Shown: piece after piece, positions 26,440 to 36,036 of the stretch
Layout of the letters: each line of letters opens with the position of its first letter
Numbering within the stretch: the stretch's first letter is position 1
IMG/VR virus record: IMGVR_UViG_3300037153_000398
Length of the DNA: 64,000 bases
DNA from: an uncultured virus (IMG/VR IMGVR_UViG_3300037153_000398)
Lineage: Duplodnaviria; Heunggongvirae; Uroviricota; Caudoviricetes
Direction: 5' to 3' (one strand)
The notes under the pieces: generated by a model
Database searches by the model: none
Seen by the model: only the letters and a program-made list of their open reading frames with translations
Told to the model about the DNA's origin: nothing
Made by a program: the position numbers and the translations under genes

Positions 26440-27101
26440 CCCGTCAGTGCGGCGACTGCCAGCTCTGTTGCAAGCTCTTGCCGATGGCGAGCGCGAGCGA
26501 CACCAAAAAGAACCGCTCGCGGCCGGTGATCGAAGAGCTGATCAAGCGCGGCCTGATGTCGAAGTTCGAAGCGCGCAGCATGATGGAAGACTTCTTCAAG
26601 GAAGCCGGTGCGCGCTGCCCGTTCCAGCGCCATCATAAGGGCTGTTCGCAATATGCGCGGCGGCCGTTCGGTTGCCGGCAATGGTCATGCCGGTGGCTGA
26701 TCGGCGACGACACCGCCGAGCTGCACCGGCCGGATCGGTCGCACTACGTCATCGATCCGATTCCCGACTTCGTGCGCGGCAAGCCGCACGACGGCGGCGA
26801 CGTGCAGACCATCCCCGTCGTCCAAGTCTGGCTCGATCCTGATTATCCTGACGCCCACCGCGATCCGGCCTTGCGCGACTATCTCATGCGCCGCGCCAGC
26901 GAGGGCTATGCGGCGCTGATCCGTCTGAGCGCGCGCGACGCCTTCGTGCTGGCCGCGCCGCCGCTGACCGGACGCGATTGGGAAGAGTATCGCGGCAATA
27001 CCGGCACCGAAGTCGAGCCGCAGCATTCGGCCCTCGAAACGATGGCGGCGATCAGCAGCAAGCTCGGCGGCTACACGATCAAACTGGCAGCGGACAAATG
27101 A
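26436..27101 (+). CDS. YkgJ-like Cys-cluster (Zn/Fe-S) protein
   Basis: CGDCQLCCK...CPF...GCSQYARRPFGCRQWSCRWL. Confidence 0.75.
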   Translation: MTRQCGDCQLCCKLLPMASASDTKKNRSRPVIEELIKRGLMSKFEARSMMEDFFKEAGARCPFQRHHKGCSQYARRPFGCRQWSCRWLIGDDTAELHRPDRSHYVIDPIPDFVRGKPHDGGDVQTIPVVQVWLDPDYPDAHRDPALRDYLMRRASEGYAALIRLSARDAFVLAAPPLTGRDWEEYRGNTGTEVEPQHSALETMAAISSKLGGYTIKLAADK

Positions 27102-27463
27102 GCGACGACAAGACCTATCGCGACTGCATGGCCGAAATTGTCGGCGTCCTGAAAAAGTACGACATGGCCGGCGCGCTGACCGTGGTATCGAAAGAGCGCG
27201 CCATGTTCAAGTATCACTTCCCGACGTGGTCGTGCATCGTGCTCGGTGACGACTCGCTGCGCTTTCGCTCGAAGCGCGCGGACTATCCGAGCGCCGAAGC
27301 GCAGCGCGTCGCGACCGAGCTGTCAGCTCATATCATCATGCAGATGCGCGACATCGCGGCGCAGACGTTGGCAATGATGACTCAGATTGCCGGTGCGCTG
27401 GAAGAAAAGCTCGGCGTCGAGCACGAGCCCTACAAGGACTTCGACCCGGAAAGGGAGCATTGA
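27098..27463 (+). CDS. hypothetical protein
   Basis: Coupled. Confidence 0.7.
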   Translation: MSDDKTYRDCMAEIVGVLKKYDMAGALTVVSKERAMFKYHFPTWSCIVLGDDSLRFRSKRADYPSAEAQRVATELSAHIIMQMRDIAAQTLAMMTQIAGALEEKLGVEHEPYKDFDPEREH

Positions 27464-27735
27464 TGGACGCACTCGACCGCTTCGACATCGAATGGTTCGA
27501 CAGCAAGCGCGAGCCGCATGAGCCGCCCGATCCGCGCTATCCGAAGGGCATCGACCTGAATTGCGCAGGATTCGCGGCGAAGACTTGCTGCGCCGGGCTG
27601 CCCTATCCGGCGAAGCGATGCGGCGTCTATTTGGTCAAGTGCCGGGTGTGCCAGACGACGGCAGTGGTGACGACGGCCGGCCGGCCGGACGATCCGCGCT
27701 CGGTGACTGTGGCGTGCAGGGCGAAGGGCCACTGA
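27463..27735 (+). CDS. Cys-rich small protein
   Basis: LPYPAKRCG...CRVC...TTAGRPDDPRS. Confidence 0.7.
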   Translation: MDALDRFDIEWFDSKREPHEPPDPRYPKGIDLNCAGFAAKTCCAGLPYPAKRCGVYLVKCRVCQTTAVVTTAGRPDDPRSVTVACRAKGH

Positions 27736-28091
27736 TGCGCGGCACGATGATCCTGATGCGACCCGAATTGCAGCCCGAGCTGCGCACCTTCGACCGCGCG
27801 CCGACGCTCGAAGAACTGCAGGCCGTCGTCGGTGGCGACGTGCAGGAAGTACCATCGTTTCGGACCATCGGCTTCGGCGACACAGTGATGGACTGCGTCG
27901 CGCTCTGCAACGAGCACGGCAAGGCCGATCATCTGCCGATCAATCGCAACGCGACAATCGCTTGGGCACGGGCGCTACGGCGCAGCGGAGAGGGAGAGCT
28001 GTACGACGACAAGAGCAACACGCCGAAGGATTGGCTGGTCGGCACCGTTGCGGTGCTATTCGGCGACCGCGAATTCATGGGAGAGCTGTAG
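27735..28091 (+). CDS. DUF3846-like protein
   Basis: LEELQAVVGGDVQEV...CNEHGK..LPINRNAT...DWLVG. Confidence 0.75.
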   Translation: MRGTMILMRPELQPELRTFDRAPTLEELQAVVGGDVQEVPSFRTIGFGDTVMDCVALCNEHGKADHLPINRNATIAWARALRRSGEGELYDDKSNTPKDWLVGTVAVLFGDREFMGEL

Positions 28092-28295
28092 ATGGGACAC
28101 TGGCCCTTCAAGACTCGCGTCGACTATCGCGCCCTCTTGGGCAAGTACATCAAGCACGTCGCCGATCAAGACGAAGGGAGCACCTTCCTTAGCGGCTCGA
28201 ATTGGACAACCGATCCGGCCAACGCCGACCATAGCTCCGTCAAATTCAGCGACGACGAATGGGGCGAGCTGAAGCGAATCGCGGGGGAGCCATGA
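28092..28295 (+). CDS. small phage protein
   Basis: DYRALLGKYIKHV..EG.TF...FSDDEW.EL. Confidence 0.7.
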   Translation: MGHWPFKTRVDYRALLGKYIKHVADQDEGSTFLSGSNWTTDPANADHSSVKFSDDEWGELKRIAGEP

Positions 28296-28828
28296 GATTT
28301 TGCGTGATCGATCCTGCGCGGAGAAATCAGACCGTCGTCAGCAAGACGGACCTGACGGCGGCGTTGCGCGCGGCCAAGCTGACGCAAGGGGCGGTCGATC
28401 ACGGCACCATCACGATGCCCGCGATCCGCAGCAGCGGCGGCACCGCCATTGCCGGCGTCGCCATCGTGGTGTCCGAGCTAGGCATGTTCACGCCACCGGA
28501 ATCGCAGAGCTACTTCGCCATCAACCGCAAGCTCTATGCCGGCAGCGCCGTGCTGTACGGCTTCGACGGCGACGGCAAGGCGGTCGACCTGCCGGGCGCA
28601 TTGCCGGGCGTGCATTGGTTTCGCGATCATCGCAGCGTCGAAACGTCGATTGGGGTCGGCATCGTCATCCGGCCGCGCATCGGTTATCCGGGCCATACGC
28701 TGTGGCAGTGGCCGGGGCCGCGCCCGAGCAAAGCCGAGCGCGAGGCGTTCATGGCCGAGCTGACGCGGCACGGCGGCAACATCGTATTCGACGGCGACAC
28801 CACCATCATCGTCGAGCCGAACAAATGA
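28292..28828 (+). CDS. hypothetical protein
   Basis: GGAG RBS, coupled. Confidence 0.65.
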   Translation: MRFCVIDPARRNQTVVSKTDLTAALRAAKLTQGAVDHGTITMPAIRSSGGTAIAGVAIVVSELGMFTPPESQSYFAINRKLYAGSAVLYGFDGDGKAVDLPGALPGVHWFRDHRSVETSIGVGIVIRPRIGYPGHTLWQWPGPRPSKAEREAFMAELTRHGGNIVFDGDTTIIVEPNK

Positions 28829-29277
28829 CTTTCAAAAAAGGCGATCTTGTTCTGATCGGTTGTGACGACCGCAGCGTCGAGGGCCACATCATTCTCGCAT
28901 CTGATAATCAGGAATCGCTGATGCTCGGCTTCGAGGCCATCTTGGACGGCCACGTCGGCATGATGCCGGTGTTGCTGCAGGACGGCGTCTACAGGTCCAT
29001 TGTCACCGGGCAGGCGGTCGCCGTGATGCCGCGCAAGAGCCGTGCTGCCACGCTCTACATGTGGACGGTCTACGACCATCCGGCCGACATGCCGAACGCC
29101 TACGTGGCGCGGCTGTGGAAGGCGACGGACACGGCAAGCGGCCAGCCCGAGCCCACCGACAAGATCATCGCGAACAAGTCGCTCGACATCGTGCGCGACC
29201 ATCTTCGCAAGTTCGGATTGACCTGCCTCGCGCGCTCGCCCGGCGACGATCCGAAGATCGTGGAGGTTTGGTTGTGA
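28825..29277 (+). CDS. two-domain hypothetical protein
   Basis: C-terminal WTVYDHPAD.P..YVAR...R.PGDDPKIVEVWL. Confidence 0.7.
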   Translation: MTFKKGDLVLIGCDDRSVEGHIILASDNQESLMLGFEAILDGHVGMMPVLLQDGVYRSIVTGQAVAVMPRKSRAATLYMWTVYDHPADMPNAYVARLWKATDTASGQPEPTDKIIANKSLDIVRDHLRKFGLTCLARSPGDDPKIVEVWL

Positions 29278-29651
29278 GAGGCTGCAAAGCCGCGCGCGGC
29301 TGGTTCGACCTGAAAAGGCCGTGCATCAACTGTCCGTTCCGCATCGGCCAAGGCGAACGTTATCAGCTCGCGCCGAAGACGCTGCGCGACATCCGCAACG
29401 GGCCGACGTTCCAGTGCCACAAGACGGTCGACTACGATCACTTCCGCGATCCGATAAAGCGCCAGGGTGACAACCCGCAAATGTGCGCCGGACTGATAGC
29501 CGTGCTGCACCGCGACGGCGACGACAACACCATCATGCAGATTGCGAGCCGGGTTTGGGGCGTCGACTTTTCCGGCTTCGATCCTGACAATGAGGCTTAT
29601 CCGACTTGGGCGGCCGTGGTCGAAGCGCACAGGGGCGACCGATGGCGATAG
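29274..29651 (+). CDS. Cys-motif protein (DUF6283-like)
   Basis: PCINCPFR...FQCHKT...CAG. Confidence 0.7.
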   Translation: MRGCKAARGWFDLKRPCINCPFRIGQGERYQLAPKTLRDIRNGPTFQCHKTVDYDHFRDPIKRQGDNPQMCAGLIAVLHRDGDDNTIMQIASRVWGVDFSGFDPDNEAYPTWAAVVEAHRGDRWR

Positions 29652-30172
29652 TCGTCTCCGACATCCCGACGCGGATGGCGCACCGTCCGCGCGATCAGCG
29701 CGGCTATCCGATTCCGTTCTCGCAATTCGTCGACGACGCCGGCACGCCCGACTTCCGCACGCTCGACGACGGCCGCACCATGCAATGCCTGCAGCGCCGG
29801 CTGTGTTCGCTTTGCGGCGAGCCGATGGGTCGGCATATCTTTTTCGTCGGCGGCCCGAAGTGCGTCGAGCACGGGCTTTTCTACGATCCGCCGATGCACC
29901 GCGACTGCGCGATCTTCGCCATCCAGACCTGCCCGCATCTGGCGCGCGCCAAGGGCCGCTACGCCGATCCTGCGCCGCGCATCTTCAAGCCCGGCTACAA
30001 GCACGTCGTCGGCGACATGGACACCGACAAGGCGGAATGGTTCGGGCTGATGCACGGCGAGCGGTTCACGTTCGGCCGGCAGCCCAACGGCATGATCACG
30101 ATACACGCCAAGCTGCCGTGGCTCGAAGTCGAGCGGTGGCGTGACGGCGCGCCGATGGAGTCGCAAGCATGA
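29642..30172 (+). CDS. Zn-binding hypothetical protein
   Basis: RGYPIP...PDFR...LCSLCG...PPMHRDCA...CPHL. Confidence 0.75.
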   Translation: MAIVVSDIPTRMAHRPRDQRGYPIPFSQFVDDAGTPDFRTLDDGRTMQCLQRRLCSLCGEPMGRHIFFVGGPKCVEHGLFYDPPMHRDCAIFAIQTCPHLARAKGRYADPAPRIFKPGYKHVVGDMDTDKAEWFGLMHGERFTFGRQPNGMITIHAKLPWLEVERWRDGAPMESQA

Positions 30173-30522
30173 AGCCCTATCCGTTGAAGACGCCGAAGCT
30201 CTTTGAACGGCTCTGGAACAGCGGCTACGCGGCGGCGGTCTATAACGTCGGTTGGTGCGGCGTTGCGACGGCGGCCGGCGTCATTCAGGCGCTCGCCGAC
30301 AAGCCGTGGTGGGCAGGCTTCAACTTCTTCTGCGCCGGCGTCGCGGGCGGCTGCACGCTGGCGATCTTGGCGGTGCCGATGCGTCGCCGCGACCTGACCG
30401 ACATCGAGCGCAGCAATCTTGAGCGACAGGCGCATGTGATCTTTCAGGACGTGCTCGAAGACTACAAGCGCCGGGGCGTATTGCCGCGCGATACCGACAT
30501 CGGCGATTTCAAAGTGCATTGA
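30169..30522 (+). CDS. membrane protein
   Basis: Two hydrophobic segments. Confidence 0.6.
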   Translation: MKPYPLKTPKLFERLWNSGYAAAVYNVGWCGVATAAGVIQALADKPWWAGFNFFCAGVAGGCTLAILAVPMRRRDLTDIERSNLERQAHVIFQDVLEDYKRRGVLPRDTDIGDFKVH

Positions 30523-30534
30523 ACGGGGGACGGA

Positions 30535-30774
30535 ATGACCGACACGCACACCGCAATGCTCGACGAGCAAATAACGCGCACCATCGATCAGGGCACCTGT
30601 CCCGACTGCGGCCATCGCGGCTTCATCTTAGGCCCGCGCGGCGGCAGCGCCGTCAACATCGAATGCGGCGGCTGCGGTGCCCGCTTCAACGTCACGCCGG
30701 GCATCACGTCGCATCATCTGGTCTTCGCCCATCGCATCCCGAGCAAGAGCGACGGCGGCGCGGACTGGTCATGA
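30535..30774 (+). CDS. Zn-ribbon protein
   Basis: CPDCG...GPRGG...CGGCG. Confidence 0.7.
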   Translation: MTDTHTAMLDEQITRTIDQGTCPDCGHRGFILGPRGGSAVNIECGGCGARFNVTPGITSHHLVFAHRIPSKSDGGADWS

Positions 30775-31163
30775 ACCTCACGCGGATCATTCGCATCAAA
30801 GAGAAGATCGCGGTCGGCGAGCCGCTGCAGCCCGATGAGCGCGACTTCGTGCTCGAATGTATCAACGAAGCCGTGCGGCCGGTCGAGCGGTCGATGACGG
30901 GCGCGGCCAAACACGAAGCGCCGAACTATCTTGGCCGCATCGAAGCGATCTACATGGCGCTGTCTCTCGACGAAGGCGGCGAAGGCGTCTGCGCCGCGCC
31001 GCTCGGCGACAGTGGTATCACGGCGGCGCTGGTCGCTGCCGACAAGCGGCGCTTCGACAGCTACATGCTGCCGATGGCACGGCATGTCGCCAAGATGTTC
31101 GGCAAGCCGGTGCGGATCGCCAAGTTCACCAAACGAGAAGACATTGACATTCTGCAACCATGA
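30771..31163 (+). CDS. hypothetical protein
   Basis: DEGGEGVCA...KFTKRED. Confidence 0.65.
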   Translation: MNLTRIIRIKEKIAVGEPLQPDERDFVLECINEAVRPVERSMTGAAKHEAPNYLGRIEAIYMALSLDEGGEGVCAAPLGDSGITAALVAADKRRFDSYMLPMARHVAKMFGKPVRIAKFTKREDIDILQP

Positions 31164-31318
31164 CCAAACACGACTTGTTCCTCATGTTGCTGCTGACGGC
31201 GGTGTTTCTGATCACCGCCATTAAAGCCGCGCGGCGCGACGCGAACTATTATTTGGCCGCCATGCTCGCCGCCATCCCGGCGACCGCATGGGCGGCGTTT
31301 TTCCTTGGCAGGCCATGA
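31160..31318 (+). CDS. small two-TM membrane protein (not in ORF track)
   Basis: MTKHDLFLMLLLTAVFLITAIKAARRDANYYLAAMLAAIPATAWAAFFLGRP; ATGA overlaps at both ends. Confidence 0.55.
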   Translation: MTKHDLFLMLLLTAVFLITAIKAARRDANYYLAAMLAAIPATAWAAFFLGRP

Positions 31319-31731
31319 CCCGCGACGAATTCATCAGCGCCTACATGGCGGGCTCGCCGATGTGCCGCGACGCGGATCGGACGGCGCAGGGCTTCGAAGT
31401 GAAGGGAATGACTTCGGGGGGCCGATGGCTCGCGCTGCCGTGCGAGTGCGACTACGACGAATGCCACGGGTGGGCGATGATGCCGGCCGAGCTGACGGCC
31501 GTGCTCTTGCATTGCGATGGCCACTTGCCAGACGGCTTAGGCCCGCTGGTCTTCAACGCGCGCTGCGCTGGCTGCGGCGCGACGTGGGCGATGACGTACA
31601 ACCGCGATCTTATCGGCAAGCTCATACACCGCGCGCCGCCGTGTCGCTGCCCGGATTGCGATACCGCCGACATCTTCGCCCTGATCGTCGATAGCTACGA
31701 ACAAGCCGCGCGAAAAGACGCGGCTTCATAA
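31315..31731 (+). CDS. Cys-rich hypothetical protein
   Basis: ALPCECDYDECHGWAM; CAGC; CPDC. Confidence 0.65.
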   Translation: MTRDEFISAYMAGSPMCRDADRTAQGFEVKGMTSGGRWLALPCECDYDECHGWAMMPAELTAVLLHCDGHLPDGLGPLVFNARCAGCGATWAMTYNRDLIGKLIHRAPPCRCPDCDTADIFALIVDSYEQAARKDAAS

Positions 31732-31763
31732 AAAAGAGGTCAACTGAAAAAAGGAGCATCAAC

Positions 31764-32402
31764 ATGACTGAGCGGCAACATATAGGCGTGTCAGTATACG
31801 AGGCAGGTGGTTACATGTTCCTGCGCTTCCTGCTGCGCCCCGAACATGTCGACCGGCTGCACAAGGCCAAGCGACTCGCGGTGCGCGGCCAGCCGGGCAA
31901 CGGCTTCATCATCGCGCCCGACACCAAGGGCAACAAGCTGGCCACTGCCGGGAGCAGCTTTTATCTGCAGTACGCCTTGAGCGGCTTCGACATCTCGCAA
32001 CGGCCGCGCAAGCGGATCGACGTGCAGCCGGAATACGAGAACGGCCACATCCGCATCCCGCCGCTGCCGGCCGCGTGGGTCAACGCCGATCCTGAATTCG
32101 TCAACGAGGGCACCTATACCGAAACGGATCGCCACATGAAGCTGCCGAAGAACGGCCGCGACGACGCCGTGCGCGTCGACAGCAAGGCGGCCGTGATCCC
32201 GCAAGGTGCCACGTCGCCCGTGCCGAAGGCGACGCCGCCGTCCTACGTCGTGCCCAACGACGCATCGATGTCGGCGATACAGACCGAGCTGGCGACCAAG
32301 CTCGGCGAGTGCCGCGCGCTCATTCGCGCGATGGAAGACCGCACCAAGCTGAAGCTCATGCTCGACCGCAATCTGCGCGTGGTGGTCGCGCTGCCATCGT
32401 AG
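31764..32402 (+). CDS. hypothetical protein
   Basis: Strong AAGGAG RBS. Confidence 0.7.
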   Translation: MTERQHIGVSVYEAGGYMFLRFLLRPEHVDRLHKAKRLAVRGQPGNGFIIAPDTKGNKLATAGSSFYLQYALSGFDISQRPRKRIDVQPEYENGHIRIPPLPAAWVNADPEFVNEGTYTETDRHMKLPKNGRDDAVRVDSKAAVIPQGATSPVPKATPPSYVVPNDASMSAIQTELATKLGECRALIRAMEDRTKLKLMLDRNLRVVVALPS

Positions 32403-32421
32403 GCCCAAGGGAGTCAGGATC

Positions 32422-32721
32422 GTGAAAATCTTCACCCTCGCCGACGTGCCAGACGAGCTGGCGCAAGCGTGGCTGCAGCATTTGCGCGACTTCGACACTG
32501 CGCACGACGGTTGCCACTTCAAGGTGGTCAATCAGCCGACGCGCGACATGTCGCTTGGCGAGATGATCCGCGCCATCGAAGTCGATCCGAGCCTTGAGCT
32601 GCGCTACGCCGGGCCGCGCGATGGAGTCGACGACGCGCTCGACGCCATCGCCGACACCGCCGCCGACGCTCTGCGCGCCGGTTGCAAAACGTCGAGCACA
32701 ACCCGGTCACGAAAAGTTTAA
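32422..32721 (+). CDS. hypothetical protein
   Basis: WLQHLRDFD..H.GCHF motif. Confidence 0.6.
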   Translation: MKIFTLADVPDELAQAWLQHLRDFDTAHDGCHFKVVNQPTRDMSLGEMIRAIEVDPSLELRYAGPRDGVDDALDAIADTAADALRAGCKTSSTTRSRKV

Positions 32722-32916
32722 GTCAATGGGTTAGCGGCAATTCAGCTCCGCACCGATTGGAGAATTTCGGTTCCGTTTGTTGTTTGCTCGCGCGCGGTCG
32801 TCAATGACTTAGCGCCGATCCGCGACCGGATTGATTGACGAATTTCGTTTGATTGCTCGCGCGAGCAAACAAACAAAAAGCGGTTGGTGGGCCGCATCAT
32901 CGTTATTTGCTATACT
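32722..32916 (+). promoter_or_regulatory. degenerate ~78-bp tandem duplication with IHF-like sites, palindrome and extended -10
   Basis: GTCAATGGGTTAGC 32722 / GTCAATGACTTAGC 32800; palindrome TTGCTCGCGCGAGCAA 32853-32868; TGCTATACT 32908-32916. Confidence 0.55.
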
Positions 32917-33026
32917 GATGGCACGCGATGGGAATGAGCCCGCCGCGCGCGACGCCGCCAAATGGCGTCGGGTTGTTTGACACCGTCAGCAACGGAGTCA
33001 CCCGCGATGCGCAAGCATCCGGAAAC

Positions 33027-33054
33027 AAAAAGGGCCGCCCAACGCGGGCGGCCC
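33027..33054 (-). terminator. intrinsic terminator (minus strand)
   Basis: GGGCCGCCC-N5-GGGCGGCCC followed by TTTTT on minus strand. Confidence 0.55.
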
Positions 33055-33079
33055 AGGTCTTTCGAAGGAAGCATCGAAC

Positions 33080-33550
33080 ATGAAAGCCAAGACTAGCACT
33101 GACATCGACAACGTCAACGCATCGATCAGGCGATGGCAGACGCGGCTCACGCGAGCCGTCAACACCATCAACCGGCTCACCGCCAAGCGCACGCGCCTTG
33201 AGCGCAAGCGCAACGCGCTGCCGGTCGGCGAAGTGGTCGCCACCGTCACGGTGCCCGCCGCGTCGCCGGCTGCGGTCGCGGTCGCCAAGTCCGTCGTGGC
33301 GGAAGCCGCGCCCGGCAAGGCGGTCACGCCCGCACCGAAGGACGACGGGGACATCCCCGCTTTCCTTCGGCGGCAGAAGTTGCCAGCGGACGAAGCTGCC
33401 GCCGCGCAAATCAGAGCGGAGCAAGCCGAGCTGAAAAAGCGCAAGACGGCGGGACGCAAGGCGAAGAAAGATGCCGCCAAGCGCGGCGAGCTGCGCCGGA
33501 TGCCGCTCGAAGGCCGCGCCGCTCTTGCGGCGATCCGTGGCGAAGCGTAA
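33080..33550 (+). CDS. basic coiled-coil protein with FtsZ C-terminal-peptide-like motif DIPAFLRRQ
   Basis: AAGGAA RBS; own promoter and terminator; Ala/Pro linker then DDGDIPAFLRRQ. Confidence 0.75.
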   Translation: MKAKTSTDIDNVNASIRRWQTRLTRAVNTINRLTAKRTRLERKRNALPVGEVVATVTVPAASPAAVAVAKSVVAEAAPGKAVTPAPKDDGDIPAFLRRQKLPADEAAAAQIRAEQAELKKRKTAGRKAKKDAAKRGELRRMPLEGRAALAAIRGEA

Positions 33551-33582
33551 CCTACTCGCCGTTCCCCTCTGGACAAGCATAA

Positions 33583-33614
33583 GCCGCCGCCCGTGCCTTG
33601 GGCGGCGGTTTTTT
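33583..33614 (+). terminator. intrinsic terminator
   Basis: GCCGCCGCCC-N7-GGGCGGCGGT TTTTT. Confidence 0.8.
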
Positions 33615-33846
33615 ATGCGCCGGCCTCGATGGCCACGACGCACCGCTGCAGCGCCGCCAGCCCTTCGGCCGGCGTGTAGAAGCCGAGCGGATCGCCGTCA
33701 GGCCCGAACCAGAATTCGCGGCCGGTGATCGCGGCATCGCCGACGAAGCTATCGAGGCCGGCGCGGCGCAAGCCGTCGTTGGTGATCGCGACGCGGCGGA
33801 TGCCGAGCAACCGGCAGGCGTCGTCGACTCGGGCGCGCGCCGTCAT
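33613..33846 (-). CDS. hypothetical protein
   Basis: ATGA coupled. Confidence 0.5.
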   Translation of the reverse strand: MTARARVDDACRLLGIRRVAITNDGLRRAGLDSFVGDAAITGREFWFGPDGDPLGFYTPAEGLAALQRCVVAIEAGA

Positions 33847-34172
33847 GCGCCGCCCTGCGGCTCGATGCGTTGCATGATTTCCTTTTCGCTCTCGGGAACG
33901 AGCTTGCGCACGATGGCGATGAAGTTGGTCAGCAGCTCTTCGCGCGTCTGATCGGTGACGGGGCGCTCGTTGTCGGGCTTGCCGATTTCCTCGACGCAAA
34001 TGTGCCCGGCAATCCAGAGCGAGAGCATGTCGGCGAGCACCGCGCTTTGCGTCGCTTGGCCTTGACCCTGCAGGATCGCCTGACAGCGCCGCGACAGCTC
34101 TTCGGCGCGTTCGGTCATGGCGTCAGTGATCGCGCGGTCGACCATGCGGTCGTCATCGTCGGTATCGGGCAT
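33843..34172 (-). CDS. hypothetical protein
   Basis: GGGAG RBS; QSAVLADMLSLWIAGH motif. Confidence 0.65.
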   Translation of the reverse strand: MPDTDDDDRMVDRAITDAMTERAEELSRRCQAILQGQGQATQSAVLADMLSLWIAGHICVEEIGKPDNERPVTDQTREELLTNFIAIVRKLVPESEKEIMQRIEPQGGA

Positions 34173-34491
34173 GGCGGCTCCCTTGGCTGCCGCCAAGCGT
34201 AGCACGATCAGGGCGGCTTGCGCGCAGTGCCTCTTGGACCTGCGCCACCGATGCGTTGCCGGGAATGAGCGGCGATTGCAGCTCCGCGCCGTCGCCAGCG
34301 AAGCGATGGACGCGCAGCGCATCGGGCATCCCGTTCGGATAGTAATTCTCGATGGCGACGTTGCCGAGTGCGCGCTTGAGCGCGCGCAGCGTCGGTGCCG
34401 TCGTGTCGATGCCGGCCGGCTTCTCGACATACCAGACACCGTCTTGCGGATCGAAGGCCGGCACGATCTTGCGCGTATGTCGTCGCGTCAT
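34153..34491 (-). CDS. hypothetical protein
   Basis: GGAG RBS; FDPQDGVWYV. Confidence 0.55.
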   Translation of the reverse strand: MTRRHTRKIVPAFDPQDGVWYVEKPAGIDTTAPTLRALKRALGNVAIENYYPNGMPDALRVHRFAGDGAELQSPLIPGNASVAQVQEALRASRPDRATLGGSQGSRHARYRR

Positions 34492-34520
34492 TGGCTCTGC
34501 TCCCGCGTTGTCTGGTCCAA

Positions 34521-34554
34521 ACAAACAAAAAGCCCCGGCGTTGCTGCCGGGGCT
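34521..34554 (-). terminator. intrinsic terminator after tail-fibre genes
   Basis: AGCCCCGGC-N6-GCCGGGGCT followed by TTTTTGTTTGTTT on minus strand. Confidence 0.75.
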
Positions 34555-34605
34555 CAAAAAGCCGACCAAGGTCGAGACTAGCTTGCGGAAATGTCACACC
34601 GAGAC

Positions 34606-36036
34606 TCAAAGCTCCGCGCTCGCAAACCAATGAAAGAGCGGAAAAGCGTTGTTGGTTTGGTAAAACAACCACCCGCAAGTGCTCATGCTCAACGTCGTCC
34701 AACCGCTTGTCGAGATGTTGTCGGTCCATGCGCCGTTGGCGTACTCCGAAGACGCACTGAGCGTCCCCTGCCGGTCGTAAGTAAAGATATTGGACGGCGG
34801 CGCGCGGAACGGTGTCTTGAAGGCGACGCGGCCGGGAAAACTGAAGTCGCTCGCTCCGACGTGCCCGGCCAGGATCGCGTTAACGAGGCCGGCAGTGGTC
34901 GCCGTCCCGACACCGACGCCGTTATCGTAGCTGGATTGAAAGTACCGCTGGCAAAACAACAACTCGGTCTGAACGTCGCGAAACTCCGGGTCCGGTGGAT
35001 TGCTGTTCAATCCCGTGGCAATGCCCTTCGTCACCCTAAAATCGACGCAGCTTATTTCCACATATCCGCTGCTCGCGTTCATGCCGGGGATGTTCAAAGT
35101 GAGCCCGTAGCCGCTCAAACAATTATTGTGGATCGGCCAAGAGAACGCGACCGTGGCCGCCTGTCCCGCGCCGACAGTTTGCAAATTTGAAAGGCCAAGG
35201 TCGGTCGTGACCGACGAAAAAACATCGGTCGTGTTGCAGTAGTATGCGGCGAGCGCAGGCGTAATAGGGGCGCTCGTGTTGTTGTAAAATCTCGCCTGAA
35301 AAGTCACGGTGAAGCCGCCAGTGCCGAGTCGAAGCTGGCCGGCGATGAGGCTTTCAATCCGGTGGATCAAGTTAAGGCTTGTCAGGCCGGTGGCGCAGTA
35401 GAGCCGAAGCGCGTTGTTCGCGACCGCACTGTTTTGCGTTTGCTGCCACGGGCAAGCCGCGCCGCCCGGCGACAAGACCCATCCGTCCAATGTGTAGAAC
35501 GCATTCCCGGCCGCGACGCTGCCGCTCAGGCCGCGCTGCGCAATGTCCATGTGCGGGTTGCGAATCTTATTCGCAAAGCCGCCCGGACCCGGAACGCCCT
35601 GCAGACCTTGCGCGCCGGTCGCGCCGGTCGGGCCAGTAGCCCCCGTCGCGCCGGCAGGTCCGGTCGCGCCGGCAGGTCCGGTCGGCCCCGGCACACCTTG
35701 CACGCCCTGTGGGCCTTGCGGCCCCGTCGCTCCGGTAGCGCCGGTCGGTCCCGTTGGGCCGGGCACACCCTGATCGCCTTGCGGACCTTGCGGCCCCACC
35801 GGGCCTTGGATGCCTTGCGGTCCAATCGGCCCGGCCGGCCCAGGCTCGCCCTGCGGGCCGACGCCGCCCGGCCCCTGCGGCCCCGGTGGCCCTTGGATGC
35901 CTTGCGGTCCTTCCGGCCCGACAGGCCCAGGTGGCCCGACCGGCGCGACGGTCAAGTCTTGCTCTTGCTGCGCCTGTCCGGGCGACAGCGCGATGCGCGG
36001 CGGGCCGCTCTGCAGTCCGTCGAAGCGGTCGGTCAT
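34606..36036 (-). CDS. collagen-repeat tail fibre / receptor-binding protein
   Basis: About 40 Gly-X-Y triplets, then [14 protein letters not shown] and [10 protein letters not shown] motifs typical of phage fibres; lower GC in C-terminal part. Confidence 0.8.
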   Translation of the reverse strand: MTDRFDGLQSGPPRIALSPGQAQQEQDLTVAPVGPPGPVGPEGPQGIQGPPGPQGPGGVGPQGEPGPAGPIGPQGIQGPVGPQGPQGDQGVPGPTGPTGATGATGPQGPQGVQGVPGPTGPAGATGPAGATGATGPTGATGAQGLQGVPGPGGFANKIRNPHMDIAQRGLSGSVAAGNAFYTLDGWVLSPGGAACPWQQTQNSAVANNALRLYCATGLTSLNLIHRIESLIAGQLRLGTGGFTVTFQARFYNNTSAPITPALAAYYCNTTDVFSSVTTDLGLSNLQTVGAGQAATVAFSWPIHNNCLSGYGLTLNIPGMNASSGYVEISCVDFRVTKGIATGLNSNPPDPEFRDVQTELLFCQRYFQSSYDNGVGVGTATTAGLVNAILAGHVGASDFSFPGRVAFKTPFRAPPSNIFTYDRQGTLSASSEYANGAWTDNISTSGWTTLSMSTCGWLFYQTNNAFPLFHWFASAEL

